From contig CAZSUU010000005.1 of assembly GCA_964610105.1 (NCBI GenBank), positions 97,499-161,498 on the forward strand: a DNA stretch of 64,000 bases, in the 5' to 3' direction. This stretch comes from an uncultured Verrucomicrobiota bacterium. GTDB taxonomy: Bacteria; Verrucomicrobiota; Kiritimatiellia; PWTM01. Below the pieces are notes generated by a model, which searched no databases, was not told where the DNA came from, and saw only the letters and a program-made list of their open reading frames with translations. The position numbers were made by a program, and so were the translations under genes. This document shows, piece by piece, positions 26,971 through 36,438 of the stretch (within the stretch, counting starts at the first letter, position 1; each line of letters starts with the position of its first letter).

Positions 26971-28668
26971 CTATTTTTCGCGTTTGAACGGCCACGCCAC
27001 GATGCCCCCTTCCATCACTTTCACATGACGCCACCCATGCGCATGCAGCAGGCTTGCCGCCTCGTATCCGCGCAGGGAAATCTTGCAGAAACAGATGATC
27101 TCCTTGTCCTTATCCTTGGGAAAGTCATCGAGGCGCTTTCGCAGGGCGCCGAGGGGGATGAGCACCTCCCCGATGCCGAGCCTCATCTGCTCGTACTCGG
27201 CGGGATCGCGCGTATCGAGAAGGAACATGTCCTCGCCGGCATCGGCCTTTCGCTTGACTTCACTGCACGAGATCCCGGCCATGCGCCCGTGCATCTTGTT
27301 CTCCAGCGCGTGTGCCGCGGTGATCATGTTGTCGATCGCGGGAGAGAACGGCGGGGCGTAGGGCAGGTCGGCGACGGTCAGGTCGGTGACCGACAGCTTG
27401 CCGTGCAACGCCATGGCGGCACAGGCCAGGCGTTTGCTCACGTCGCCGGTGCCAATACACTGAACCCCCAGCAGCCGTCCCGTGTCCTTCTCGGCCACCA
27501 TCTTCATGATGAGCAATTTGCCCCCCATGAAACCCGGCTTGTCGGGAGCGGCTGTCAACACGCTCGCCGTTTTAAGACCCGCACGGTGCGCGGCGGTCTC
27601 CGAGAGACCGGTGGCTCCGGCCGCATAGTCGAACACCTTGCAGACTCCCGTCTGCAGCGTTCCGGGGAACTTCGCGCACGGCCCCGTGATCACGTTCTGC
27701 CCGACGATTCGTCCCTGAAGATTGGCCAGATCGCCGTACGGCGCATGAACGCGGGCGCCGGTGATAAGGTGGGGAATCTCCACACAGTCCCCCGCGGCAT
27801 AGATGTCGGGATCGGACGTCTGCATGAATTCGTTCACTAGGATGCCGCCCTTGTGCCCCACCTCGAGGCCGGCATGCTTCGCAAGCTTCCCGTTGGGCCT
27901 GACGCCGGTGGCCACCACGGCCAGCTCGCACGGGAGCTCGGTGCCGTTCCTCAGCCGCACGCTCGTGAGCTTGCCGTTCTCGCCCAGGAATGCGGCAACG
28001 GGGTTGTCCGTGACGATATGTGCGCCCTTGGCCCGCATGTGATTCTCAACCAGCCGGGCCATCTCCCAATCCAGGAACATCAGGATCTGCGGCATCATCT
28101 CGACCACGGTGATGGCGATTCCCGCCAGGTGCAGGGCTTCACAGGTTTCGACCCCGATCAGCCCGCCCCCCACCACGACCGCCCTTTTGATCCGGTGCTC
28201 GTCACGAATCCGGCGCAGGTAGTCGGCATCCCGCATGGACTGCAGCGTGGAGATGCCCTCGAGATCCCTTCCCGGAACCGGCGGCACGATGGGCGTCGCG
28301 CCGGTGGCCAGAACCAGCCGGTCGTAGGGGATCTCCTTCGGTTCGCCCCCGCTGGCCGCGCGACAGTGGACGACATGCCGCTCCCGGTCTATCGAGACCG
28401 CCTCGGTCTCCGTCAAGGCGGCGATCCCCTTGGCGTTCATGTAGTACAGGGGATCGCGCACCGCCCCGGTGGGCGTGCACAGCAGTTGGTTGCGATCATT
28501 GAAGACTCCGCCGACATAGTAGGGATAACCGCACGAGGCCATGGACAGGTCGGGATCCTTCTGGATGATGGTGATCTCCGCGTGCTGATCCATGCGGCGA
28601 GCCTTGGCGGCGGTCTTGGGCCCCGCGGCCGAACCCCCGATGATGACGATGCGCTTCACGTTCTTCAT
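26971..28668 (-). CDS. CoA-disulfide/persulfide reductase with C-terminal rhodanese domain
   Basis: 'GGSAAG', redox Cys 'SMASCGYPY', 'VVGGGLIG', 'LPYAPPFS', rhodanese 'CFCKISLRG', 'MEGG'. Confidence 0.9.
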   Translation of the reverse strand: MKNVKRIVIIGGSAAGPKTAAKARRMDQHAEITIIQKDPDLSMASCGYPYYVGGVFNDRNQLLCTPTGAVRDPLYYMNAKGIAALTETEAVSIDRERHVVHCRAASGGEPKEIPYDRLVLATGATPIVPPVPGRDLEGISTLQSMRDADYLRRIRDEHRIKRAVVVGGGLIGVETCEALHLAGIAITVVEMMPQILMFLDWEMARLVENHMRAKGAHIVTDNPVAAFLGENGKLTSVRLRNGTELPCELAVVATGVRPNGKLAKHAGLEVGHKGGILVNEFMQTSDPDIYAAGDCVEIPHLITGARVHAPYGDLANLQGRIVGQNVITGPCAKFPGTLQTGVCKVFDYAAGATGLSETAAHRAGLKTASVLTAAPDKPGFMGGKLLIMKMVAEKDTGRLLGVQCIGTGDVSKRLACAAMALHGKLSVTDLTVADLPYAPPFSPAIDNMITAAHALENKMHGRMAGISCSEVKRKADAGEDMFLLDTRDPAEYEQMRLGIGEVLIPLGALRKRLDDFPKDKDKEIICFCKISLRGYEAASLLHAHGWRHVKVMEGGIVAWPFKREK

Positions 28669-28681
28669 GGACTCCTTCCGC

Positions 28682-29161
28682 TCAGCCTGAGATTCTCAGA
28701 ACCCCGGTCCGACCATCGGGATTCAGCTTCACGTCGAACTTGCGCAACGACGTTTTCGCGAAACCCTTTTTCCGGGCGCCATCCGTGCCGAAGGTGGAAT
28801 GCCCGAGGCTCGCGCAACGGAACTGGTTGTCTTTGTGCCGGTATTCGACCTCGGCGCCACGATGCGGGCAGAGCAGGGAAACGGCGGCGTATTCCGAGTC
28901 GCCGATCCGCCCGATGATCATCGGCTGGGGCAGGCGGGGATCGATCACCTTCACCGCCCCTCCGACCGCTCTCAGCTCCGGCACCTTGTCCAGGGAGACG
29001 GTGACCGTCCGGCCATCGATGGCATACGCGTCGGTCGCGATGGCCGGCGTGTTCCCGATCTTGGTGAAGGTGGCGCACCCGGTGGCGCCGCACAGACACG
29101 CGCCCGCGCCCGCCGCGGCGGCCAGCCCGGTGATGAAGTCCCTGCGGTTGATCTCTGTCAT
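28682..29161 (-). CDS. Tat-exported Rieske 2Fe-2S domain protein
   Basis: 'RRDF' Tat motif; 'CPHRG' and 'FRCASLGHSTF'. Confidence 0.8.
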   Translation of the reverse strand: MTEINRRDFITGLAAAAGAGACLCGATGCATFTKIGNTPAIATDAYAIDGRTVTVSLDKVPELRAVGGAVKVIDPRLPQPMIIGRIGDSEYAAVSLLCPHRGAEVEYRHKDNQFRCASLGHSTFGTDGARKKGFAKTSLRKFDVKLNPDGRTGVLRISG

Positions 29162-29199
29162 GTCGATCCGTCCTTTCTCATGCGCGCCTTTCCCGATCT

Positions 29200-30489
29200 T
29201 CAGTGGTCACAGACATTATCTCCGGTTTGAAGCGTGCCGGCGAGATAGGCTTCCACCAGCGCTTCCGGCGTCTCCGCCGGGGCGCCGACCTGGACCGCGA
29301 TGCCGTTTTGCTTGAACAGCGCCTGCGCCCGGCTGCCCATCCCACCGGCTATGATCATGGTCGCGCCTTGCTCGTGCAGCCATCGCGGCAGCACTCCCGG
29401 TTCGTGGGGTGGCGGATCGAGCATCCGCTTGCCCACGATCTTCTTCGTCTTCTCGTCCACCTCCACCAGGGCGAACTGCTCGCAGTGTCCGAAATGCATG
29501 CACAGCTTCCCTTCCGCCACCGGTATCGCAATCTTCATGATGTCTCCTGTTTCCTTCTGGCTCACCGCAGTCTCGGAAACGTCCTTGGTCTCGTCCGCCC
29601 GAACCAGTATCTGCGCGGTCACCCGCTCAAAGGCCTTGGCCGTCTCCGTCCGCCCATAGTGGTAGACGAACGGCATGCCGGCATCGCACGCCTCGCCGAC
29701 TGCCGGGTCGATCGGGATGCGGCCGAGAAAGGGCACGCCCGTCTCCCGCGCCATCTGTTCCCCGCCGCCCGACTTGAAGATATCCGTGACCTCCCCGCAC
29801 TTCGGGCAGACGAATCCGCTCATGTTCTCGACGACGCCCAGCACGGGCAGGTTCAGCTGCCGGCAGAAACCGATGGACCGGCGGACATCGGCGGTCGACA
29901 CCTCCTGCGGCGTGGTGACCACGATCGCCCCGTCCGCGTTCTGCACCAACTGGCACACCGACAGCGGCTCGTCGCCCGTCCCCGGCGGCGAATCGATCAC
30001 CAGGTAGTCCAGCTCGCCCCAGTCCACATCCTGGAGGAACTGCCGGATGACGTTCATCTTCATCGGCCCCCGCCAGATCACCGCGTCGTCGGAGTTCCGG
30101 AGCAGGAAGCCGATGGACATGATCTTCAGCCCGGCCTTCGCCACCGGTTGAATCGCGCCGTCCCTGACCTGGGCCCGCGCGTCGTCCAGCCGCAGCATCT
30201 TGGGGATGCTGGGGCCGTGGATGTCGACATCCAGCAGGCCGACCTTCCTTCCCGCGAGGGCGAGCGAGATCGCCAGGTTCGCCGCGACCGTGCTCTTGCC
30301 CACCCCGCCCTTGCCGGAGAGGACGATGATCTTGTGTCGAATCAGGCCCATGCGCTCCTGGAGCGCCTTGTGTTCGAGCCACGCGTCGAGGGACTGTTCC
30401 TCGCCGCGGGTCGTCGAGGGGCCGGCCGCCCCCTGCCCCGCCGCGCAACCCATATTCTCCGCCTCACGCTTTCCGCTGTCGTCTGCCAT
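29200..30489 (-). CDS. Mrp/NBP35 (ApbC) Fe-S carrier ATPase fused to NifB/NifX domain (Mrp-ORP type)
   Basis: 'SGKGGVGKST', 'DVDIHGPS', 'IWRGPMK', 'DSPPGTGD', 'FVCPKC'; C-terminal 'MKIAIPVAEGKLCMHFGHCEQF...GGMG'. Confidence 0.92.
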   Translation of the reverse strand: MADDSGKREAENMGCAAGQGAAGPSTTRGEEQSLDAWLEHKALQERMGLIRHKIIVLSGKGGVGKSTVAANLAISLALAGRKVGLLDVDIHGPSIPKMLRLDDARAQVRDGAIQPVAKAGLKIMSIGFLLRNSDDAVIWRGPMKMNVIRQFLQDVDWGELDYLVIDSPPGTGDEPLSVCQLVQNADGAIVVTTPQEVSTADVRRSIGFCRQLNLPVLGVVENMSGFVCPKCGEVTDIFKSGGGEQMARETGVPFLGRIPIDPAVGEACDAGMPFVYHYGRTETAKAFERVTAQILVRADETKDVSETAVSQKETGDIMKIAIPVAEGKLCMHFGHCEQFALVEVDEKTKKIVGKRMLDPPPHEPGVLPRWLHEQGATMIIAGGMGSRAQALFKQNGIAVQVGAPAETPEALVEAYLAGTLQTGDNVCDH

Positions 30490-30510
30490 GTCTGTTCCTT
30501 TCGTTTGCCG

Positions 30511-31347
30511 TCAGAACTCGAACCTCGTGCCGGCGCCGCCGGCCAGGCATTTCGCGCCGAAGGCCGTCTGCATGGCCGCCGCGGCCCTCTCCCCCGTGCA
30601 GTGCAGGGGGCAGAGGACCCCGACATCCATCCGGCACAGCGCGTCGACGGTCCACGCGATCCGCGCATCGGACGCCGCACGCAGGTGCATGCCGCCGATT
30701 ACGGCGCGCAGGGCCTGGCCCTCCGCCAGGTGCCGGACACGGTCCAGGGTGTTGATCACGCCGGCATGCGCGCAACCCAGCAGCACGACGAGGCCGGATG
30801 GCGTCAGCACGTACAGCGCCTGGTCGTCGACCACCGGATCGCCGCGCCCGCCGTCCTCGTCCAGAAAAAACCCCTCTTCGCCGCGTTCCTCGGCGTGCCG
30901 CCGGGGAATCACGCCGGTCAGGAAGACGCCCGCCGCAATCTCGGTCGGTTTCTCGACCGGACAGAACCGCACCTGCGGACGGCGCAGGGCCTCGCGGGCG
31001 CGACCGGGAATCCCGATATAGCGCGCGACGGAACCCGCCCGGTGGTACTTGGACGGGAGGGCGTCCGGATGAAGATAGACGGCGACGGGCCCCGCCACGC
31101 ACGCCAGCACGTCCGCCAGCCCGCCGGTGTGATCGTAATGACCGTGGCTCAGCGCGATCGTGTCGACGGCGCCGAGGTCGATGCCCAGCGCCGTCGCGTT
31201 GGCGCACACCAGGCCGCTCTGCCCCGTATCGAAAAGAACGCGGTCCGTGGCGGTTTCGATCCAGAAGGCCAGCCCGTGTTCCGACCCCACGTCGGGGCGG
31301 GCGGCGCGGTTCTCCACGAGGACGGTGATGTTCACGTTCAGGGGCAT
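30511..31347 (-). CDS. MBL-fold metallo-hydrolase
   Basis: 'SEHGLAF', 'LFDTG', 'LSHGHYDHTGGL', 'DDQAL', 'GCAHAG', 'GGMHL', 'HCTG'. Confidence 0.88.
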   Translation of the reverse strand: MPLNVNITVLVENRAARPDVGSEHGLAFWIETATDRVLFDTGQSGLVCANATALGIDLGAVDTIALSHGHYDHTGGLADVLACVAGPVAVYLHPDALPSKYHRAGSVARYIGIPGRAREALRRPQVRFCPVEKPTEIAAGVFLTGVIPRRHAEERGEEGFFLDEDGGRGDPVVDDQALYVLTPSGLVVLLGCAHAGVINTLDRVRHLAEGQALRAVIGGMHLRAASDARIAWTVDALCRMDVGVLCPLHCTGERAAAAMQTAFGAKCLAGGAGTRFEF

Positions 31348-32213
31348 AGCGCCTCCCATACGGCCCGGACGTCGGCCCCCGCGACCGTCGCAGGCAGCTC
31401 GACCACCGCCTTGCCCCGCACCTGCGCCTCCGTGACCGCGCGATCGTAGCGGACGCGCCCCGCCAGCCGCGCGCCTCTGGCCCGCGACTCCCCCTCGATC
31501 CGCTCCGCCATCTCCGGGTTCAGGTCCCACTTGTTCACGCACACGGCCGCGGGGATCCCGAAGTGGCCCGTGAGGTCCAGGACCCGCGCCAGATCGTGCG
31601 CGCCCGAAAGGGTGGGCTCGGTGACCACGACCACAAGGGATGCGCCCGTGATCGAGGCGATCACCGGGCAGCCGATCCCCGGGGGGCCGTCGACAAGGAC
31701 GACGTCCGCCTTCCGCTCTCCGGCCAGCGACCGGGCGGTCTCCCGCACCTGGCTGACCAGCTTGCCCGAGTTCTCGCCGCCGGGATTCAGACGGGCGTGG
31801 ACCATGGGGCCGTGCCGGGTGTTCGAAACGTACCACTCGCCGGCCTCGCGCTCGCGGAAGTCGATCGCCTTGACCGGGCAATGGTCCACGCACACCCGGC
31901 ATCCTTCGCAGGCGGTCGGATCGATCGAGAAATCCGCCTCGCCCGCCCGGCCCGGACCCTTCCTCACCGCGCCGAACCGGCATCGCGCGAGGCAGGCGCC
32001 GCAGCGGAGGCAATCCGCCCGCCGGATGGCCGCCTCGTGCCCGCAGCGAAACGGCTCGCGGCGGAGAATCTCCGGCGCCAGCACCAGGTGCAGGTCGGCC
32101 GCATCGACGTCGCAGTCGGCCAGCACGGCCTTCCGCGCCAGCGCGGCGAAGGAGGCAACGATGCTCGTCTTGCCGGTGCCGCCCTTGCCGCTGATGACCA
32201 CGATTTCCTTCAT
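31338..32213 (-). CDS. MinD-superfamily P-loop ATPase with 4Fe-4S insert (orp-type)
   Basis: 'ISGKGGTGKTS', 'DCDVDAADLH', 'CLRCGAC..RC', 'CEGCRVC..HCP', 'NSGKLV', 'DGPPGIGCP'. Confidence 0.92.
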   Translation of the reverse strand: MKEIVVISGKGGTGKTSIVASFAALARKAVLADCDVDAADLHLVLAPEILRREPFRCGHEAAIRRADCLRCGACLARCRFGAVRKGPGRAGEADFSIDPTACEGCRVCVDHCPVKAIDFREREAGEWYVSNTRHGPMVHARLNPGGENSGKLVSQVRETARSLAGERKADVVLVDGPPGIGCPVIASITGASLVVVVTEPTLSGAHDLARVLDLTGHFGIPAAVCVNKWDLNPEMAERIEGESRARGARLAGRVRYDRAVTEAQVRGKAVVELPATVAGADVRAVWEALCP

Positions 32214-33103
32214 GGATGCGACCGTCGATTCGATCCCTTCGCTCCGTTCCGAGAGTCTTTCACCACCAGCGCACCCACGGGGGCGCCGATGACCTCCGCG
32301 ATCTTGGGGCACTTGACGGTGAGCAGGAAGAACACGTTCTTATGGGTGTCCGACAAGGTCTCGTAGTTGCCCTGGCCTTTGGCGACGATCAGATCGGCGC
32401 GGTCAAACCGGGAACGGAACTCCTCCGAGCACTCCTCGATCACCGTGCCCGGCGCGTCGGATCCGTTGTCGATGACCGGGGCGATGCGAGAGATGCCGGC
32501 CACCTCCGCGTCGGGCCGCGTGGCGTCGTTGATCGCCGGAGCCCCGCGCACAACTACCGTCACCCTCCCGCGGGGAAGCGCCTCGACCAGCAGGCGGTCG
32601 AAGACGATCTCGCCCGCATTGTCCGCGAGGTAGAGGATGCGGCGGGCGCGATCGGCGGCCCGGAACAGGGCGGCGACGCTGCCGACCAGCGGCATGTCCC
32701 ATATTCCATCCAGGTGCGCCGGCAGGTCCTCCGGGGCGAGGCGGTTCTTCGACCCGGCATCCAGCAGGTTCCCGGCGATCGCCATGCGCACCGCGGCCTC
32801 GCGCGGATTGCGATGGCGGCGAGCGGCGACGCTCATGGCGGGCAGCAGGTCCAGGGCCATCCGGTTCATCCGATCCTTGAGCGGACGGTAGGGGTCCGAC
32901 TGTCCGGTTTCTTCGCGGATCAGCCGCTGGATGCGTTGTGAAATCGCCACCGGCATGACCGCCCAGTCGGCGTCGGCGATCTCGTACAGCAGACGGCGCA
33001 GGATGCGTTCCTGCCGCCGCTTCCCGACCGCCGACATCTCGACGGCCTCCACCGCCTGGCGGACAAAGCACGGAATGCATTCAAGAGCAGTTTTCATCTT
33101 CAC
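32210..33103 (-). CDS. DUF89/ARMT1-like damage-control phosphatase
   Basis: 'CIPCF', 'DPY..K', 'AGNLLD', 'DNAGEI.FD', 'KGQGNYE'. Confidence 0.9.
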   Translation of the reverse strand: MKMKTALECIPCFVRQAVEAVEMSAVGKRRQERILRRLLYEIADADWAVMPVAISQRIQRLIREETGQSDPYRPLKDRMNRMALDLLPAMSVAARRHRNPREAAVRMAIAGNLLDAGSKNRLAPEDLPAHLDGIWDMPLVGSVAALFRAADRARRILYLADNAGEIVFDRLLVEALPRGRVTVVVRGAPAINDATRPDAEVAGISRIAPVIDNGSDAPGTVIEECSEEFRSRFDRADLIVAKGQGNYETLSDTHKNVFFLLTVKCPKIAEVIGAPVGALVVKDSRNGAKGSNRRSHP

Positions 33104-33891
33104 CGTGCCTCCCGCGCGCCGCCGCGCCCGTCCGCTGCGCGTTGTCCCGGATGGTTCGTGTTTCCCGCGGCGGTGGATCCGCGCTCCGCTCCTGCCGGTT
33201 GTCCCTCCGTCCTCGTGAAACTCAACACCGTCCCCGTGACACAGCCATGGCCGTGCCACAGACGCGCTTCGCGCCGACCGCGCAAGCCGAATCCCGCGTC
33301 CTCGATTTCCCGAACGAGGTCCTCGATCGTCACGCCCCGGAAGAAGCCCGTCGCGTGGTCGCCCTGTACGTGCGCGGGATGCACCGAAAGCGCGCCACCG
33401 GGGCCGAGGATCTCGCGGAAGGCGCCGTAGAGGACCCTCCGATCGTTCCGATTGATCATGTGCAGGACATCGTAGAGCAGGACGGTCGGACGGCCGCGGC
33501 CTTCCAGAAGACGGGGCACTTCGGCCACGGATGACGCCGTTCGAATGTTGTGCAGTCCACGTGCGGCGACCCTGCGCGACAGGTGGACCATCGCCCGTGC
33601 GCGGACGTCCACCGCGACAACCAGCCCGGCGGCGCCGACCCGCACGGCGGCGGGGATGGTGTAGGCGCCGGAACCGCACCCGAAATCCACCACCGTATCG
33701 CCGGGGGCGATGCCTATGCCGCCGAGAAAGACGACGCCGTCCTCGTTCTCCCACCGCATCCGACGCCGGCGTTGCAGAGGATTGCACGCGGCGAGCAGGT
33801 GCAGGACCTCCCGCCGCACTTGCAGGAAGCCCGCACGGACGGCGGATTCCCATCCTCCGGCGAACGTCGATCCTGGCGCATGATTCGTCAT
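33100..33891 (-). CDS. Class I SAM-dependent methyltransferase
   Basis: 'VVDFGCGSG', 'LLYDVLH'. Confidence 0.75.
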   Translation of the reverse strand: MTNHAPGSTFAGGWESAVRAGFLQVRREVLHLLAACNPLQRRRRMRWENEDGVVFLGGIGIAPGDTVVDFGCGSGAYTIPAAVRVGAAGLVVAVDVRARAMVHLSRRVAARGLHNIRTASSVAEVPRLLEGRGRPTVLLYDVLHMINRNDRRVLYGAFREILGPGGALSVHPAHVQGDHATGFFRGVTIEDLVREIEDAGFGLRGRREARLWHGHGCVTGTVLSFTRTEGQPAGAERGSTAAGNTNHPGQRAADGRGGAREAR

Positions 33892-34733
33892 GGCGTCGTT
33901 TCCATCCCGATCGCTTCCCACAGGCGCAGCATCATCCCGGGCCACTCCGGCAGGACGCGCGCGGCCATGAGTCCGCGGGAGTAGGCCTCCGCCACCCGGC
34001 GGTCGTCGGGGAGCTCGGCCAGCACCGGGATACCCGCGGTGGCGCAGTACGCCTGCACCCGGCGATCGCCGCCGTCGGCGCGGTTGATCGCCACGCCGTG
34101 CCGGAGGCCGAGCGAACGGATCGTCTCCACCGCCAACCGCAGGTCGTGGAGGCCGAACGGCGTGGGCTCGGTGACCAGGAGCACGAAATCCGCATCGCGG
34201 ACCGTCGCGACCACCGGGCACGACGTGCCCGGCGGCGCGTCCATGACCGCCACGCCCCCGGAGGCCGTCTTCGCTTTCACGGCGCGAACGAGCGGCGGGG
34301 CCATGGCTTCTCCGACATTCAGGCGTCCCTGGACAAAAGCCACCCGGTCGGCCCATCCCGTCTCGACCACGCCGATCGGGCGATTCTCCTCGCGAATGGC
34401 GCCCTCCGGGCACACCAGCATGCAGCCGCCGCATCCGTGACAGAGCTCGGGGAACACCAGCGGTTTCTTGAGGACCGCGATCGCATGGTACTGGCAGACC
34501 TCGGCGCACTTGCCGCCCCCCGTGCACTTCTGCTCATCCACCACGGGCACGGGGATGCCCACCGGCTCGCGGGTGGTGATCCGGGGCCTGAGGAAGATAT
34601 GGCCGTTCGGTTCCTCCACGTCGCAGTCAAGGTACTGAACCGTCTCGCCGCCATCCGCAAGGACCCAGGCCAGGTTGACCGCGACCGTGGTCTTCCCGGT
34701 CCCCCCCTTGCCGCTGGCGATGGTGATTCGCAT
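33888..34733 (-). CDS. MinD-superfamily P-loop ATPase with 4Fe-4S insert (orp-type), second paralog
   Basis: 'IASGKGGTGKTT', 'DCDVEEPN', 'CHGCGGC..VCP', 'DAPPGTSCP', 'TEPTPFGLHDL'. Confidence 0.92.
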   Translation of the reverse strand: MRITIASGKGGTGKTTVAVNLAWVLADGGETVQYLDCDVEEPNGHIFLRPRITTREPVGIPVPVVDEQKCTGGGKCAEVCQYHAIAVLKKPLVFPELCHGCGGCMLVCPEGAIREENRPIGVVETGWADRVAFVQGRLNVGEAMAPPLVRAVKAKTASGGVAVMDAPPGTSCPVVATVRDADFVLLVTEPTPFGLHDLRLAVETIRSLGLRHGVAINRADGGDRRVQAYCATAGIPVLAELPDDRRVAEAYSRGLMAARVLPEWPGMMLRLWEAIGMETTP

Positions 34734-34744
34734 ATCCCGCATTC

Positions 34745-35569
34745 TTATCCGATCGTTCTTCTGGCCCAACTCCAGCTGGCACAGGCCGCCAGACTGATTC
34801 CGAGAAACAACGCTACACCGACTCCGGCCGAAAAATCCATCCGCTGGGAGAAGATCAGGCCGGCCGCCGAACTGACCGCGCCAGTCACCGATGCAACCAG
34901 CAGGCGGGTGCCCCACCGGCGGGAGAACAATGCCGAAACGGTGGCCGGAATGACAAGAAAGCAGAAGGTGACGATCACGCCGGCCAGCCGAACGGCCACG
35001 GTAATTACAATACCGCAGAGGGCGTAGAACAGGAAGTCCCAACCCACCACGGACATCCCGGCCGCAATGGCGTCTTCATATCCGTCGGAAATCCGCTGGA
35101 ATGTCCGGCCAAACAGGGCAAAACAAGCTCCGACGGCCGCAAAAACGGCGCTCGCCCATGCCAGGTCCGACGCCGTCACCCACAGAAGGGCGCCGCTCAG
35201 CATCGCCTGCACATGCGTGTGGCCGCCGGTTCCCTTTCCGATCATGAACAGGGCGCCGGCGGCGGCCACGGCATAGGTGATGCCGATCACCGCCTCGATG
35301 GGGATCTGCGTGGCCTTGCGGCGTGCAATAGCAAAGAAGACCGCCGCCAGCAGGGTGGCGCCAATTCCAGACAACAAGGCCGGGACGGAATCGCCGGGCA
35401 CATCGAACAAGAGGTGGGCCATCAAGGCTCCCATCACGGCAATCTGCGCCATCGCAATGTCGATGAAGATGACCTCCCGTTTGAGCACGTGAAACCCCAG
35501 GTAGCCGAGCACAAGGCTGAGCAACACGCACGCAAGGAAGGGAAGCCCGAGCATGGACACCATGTTCAT
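34745..35569 (-). CDS. Metal ABC transporter permease (ABC-3 family)
   Basis: 'GFHVLKREVIFIDIAMAQIA', 'EAVIG..Y', 'WDFLFY', 'FLVIPA'. Confidence 0.85.
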   Translation of the reverse strand: MNMVSMLGLPFLACVLLSLVLGYLGFHVLKREVIFIDIAMAQIAVMGALMAHLLFDVPGDSVPALLSGIGATLLAAVFFAIARRKATQIPIEAVIGITYAVAAAGALFMIGKGTGGHTHVQAMLSGALLWVTASDLAWASAVFAAVGACFALFGRTFQRISDGYEDAIAAGMSVVGWDFLFYALCGIVITVAVRLAGVIVTFCFLVIPATVSALFSRRWGTRLLVASVTGAVSSAAGLIFSQRMDFSAGVGVALFLGISLAACASWSWARRTIG

Positions 35570-36438
35570 GGCGTGCCTCCCGACCCCGTTTGCATTGCGG
35601 TGCTGGGCAACACGCCGCGCGCCGCGCTTTTGCGAACGGTGATCCAGGTGCTTACCACAAGCGCCACCATGAAAACAAGCCCCATGGCCAACATGAGAGT
35701 GGGCCCATATGGACTGTCCGTCTTGTAAGCCCCAATGACGCCCGCTGCGCACGCGACGAAACCCGCTCCCCATCCGATCAGGAGCGCTGGAATCCATCGC
35801 TTGGAAAACATCGTGCCGATGGCGGCTGGGATCATCAGGAAACCGTACGCCAGCAGGACGCCTGCAACCGGGACAATCAGGATCGTGACAATGCCTTGCG
35901 TCACAAAGAACAGGAAGTCCCACGCGGTCCTGCGCGGCCATGTGGAGGCATCCTCGGTCAGCCGCAGGATTGGCCTTCTGCACAGAATGTGCAAAAGGCC
36001 CAGTCCAACGTAGAGCCCCATCGTAACCCACACCAGCGGCCAAGACACCCAGAGCATGTATCCCACCAAGGTCGTGCTGAAGGACGAGCCTCCTTCATGG
36101 AGCTTGTCCGCCAGGAGCAGTGAACCCACCAGTGCCATTCCATACAGAATGCCGATCACGGCTTCCTGGGGGATGTGCTTGTTCTTCGGGCGCAACACCG
36201 CCAGAAGCACGCAACCCACCAACGTCGCGCTAAGGGCAAGGACATAAGACAAGGGTGTTCCGTACCGGATGCCGCAACCGATGCCGAGCACTATCCCGAA
36301 AGCGGCCAGTTGATCGAGCACCAGATCGCTGAAGATGATGCCGCGCCGGATGATGTGAAGTCCGATATAGGTATGCAGAACCAGTACCACCGCGATCAGG
36401 CTGATCTGCATGACAAAGAAATCGGCTACCGCATTCAT
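35566..36438 (-). CDS. Metal ABC transporter permease (ABC-3 family), paralog
   Basis: 'GLHIIRRGIIFSDLVLDQLA', 'EAVIGILY', 'WDFLFF', 'FLMIPA'. Confidence 0.85.
   Translation of the reverse strand: MNAVADFFVMQISLIAVVLVLHTYIGLHIIRRGIIFSDLVLDQLAAFGIVLGIGCGIRYGTPLSYVLALSATLVGCVLLAVLRPKNKHIPQEAVIGILYGMALVGSLLLADKLHEGGSSFSTTLVGYMLWVSWPLVWVTMGLYVGLGLLHILCRRPILRLTEDASTWPRRTAWDFLFFVTQGIVTILIVPVAGVLLAYGFLMIPAAIGTMFSKRWIPALLIGWGAGFVACAAGVIGAYKTDSPYGPTLMLAMGLVFMVALVVSTWITVRKSAARGVLPSTAMQTGSGGTP

Noticed and set aside
29200-30489. Mrp Na+/H+ antiporter subunit
   Set aside because: It is the soluble Mrp/NBP35 P-loop Fe-S carrier, with no TM helices.
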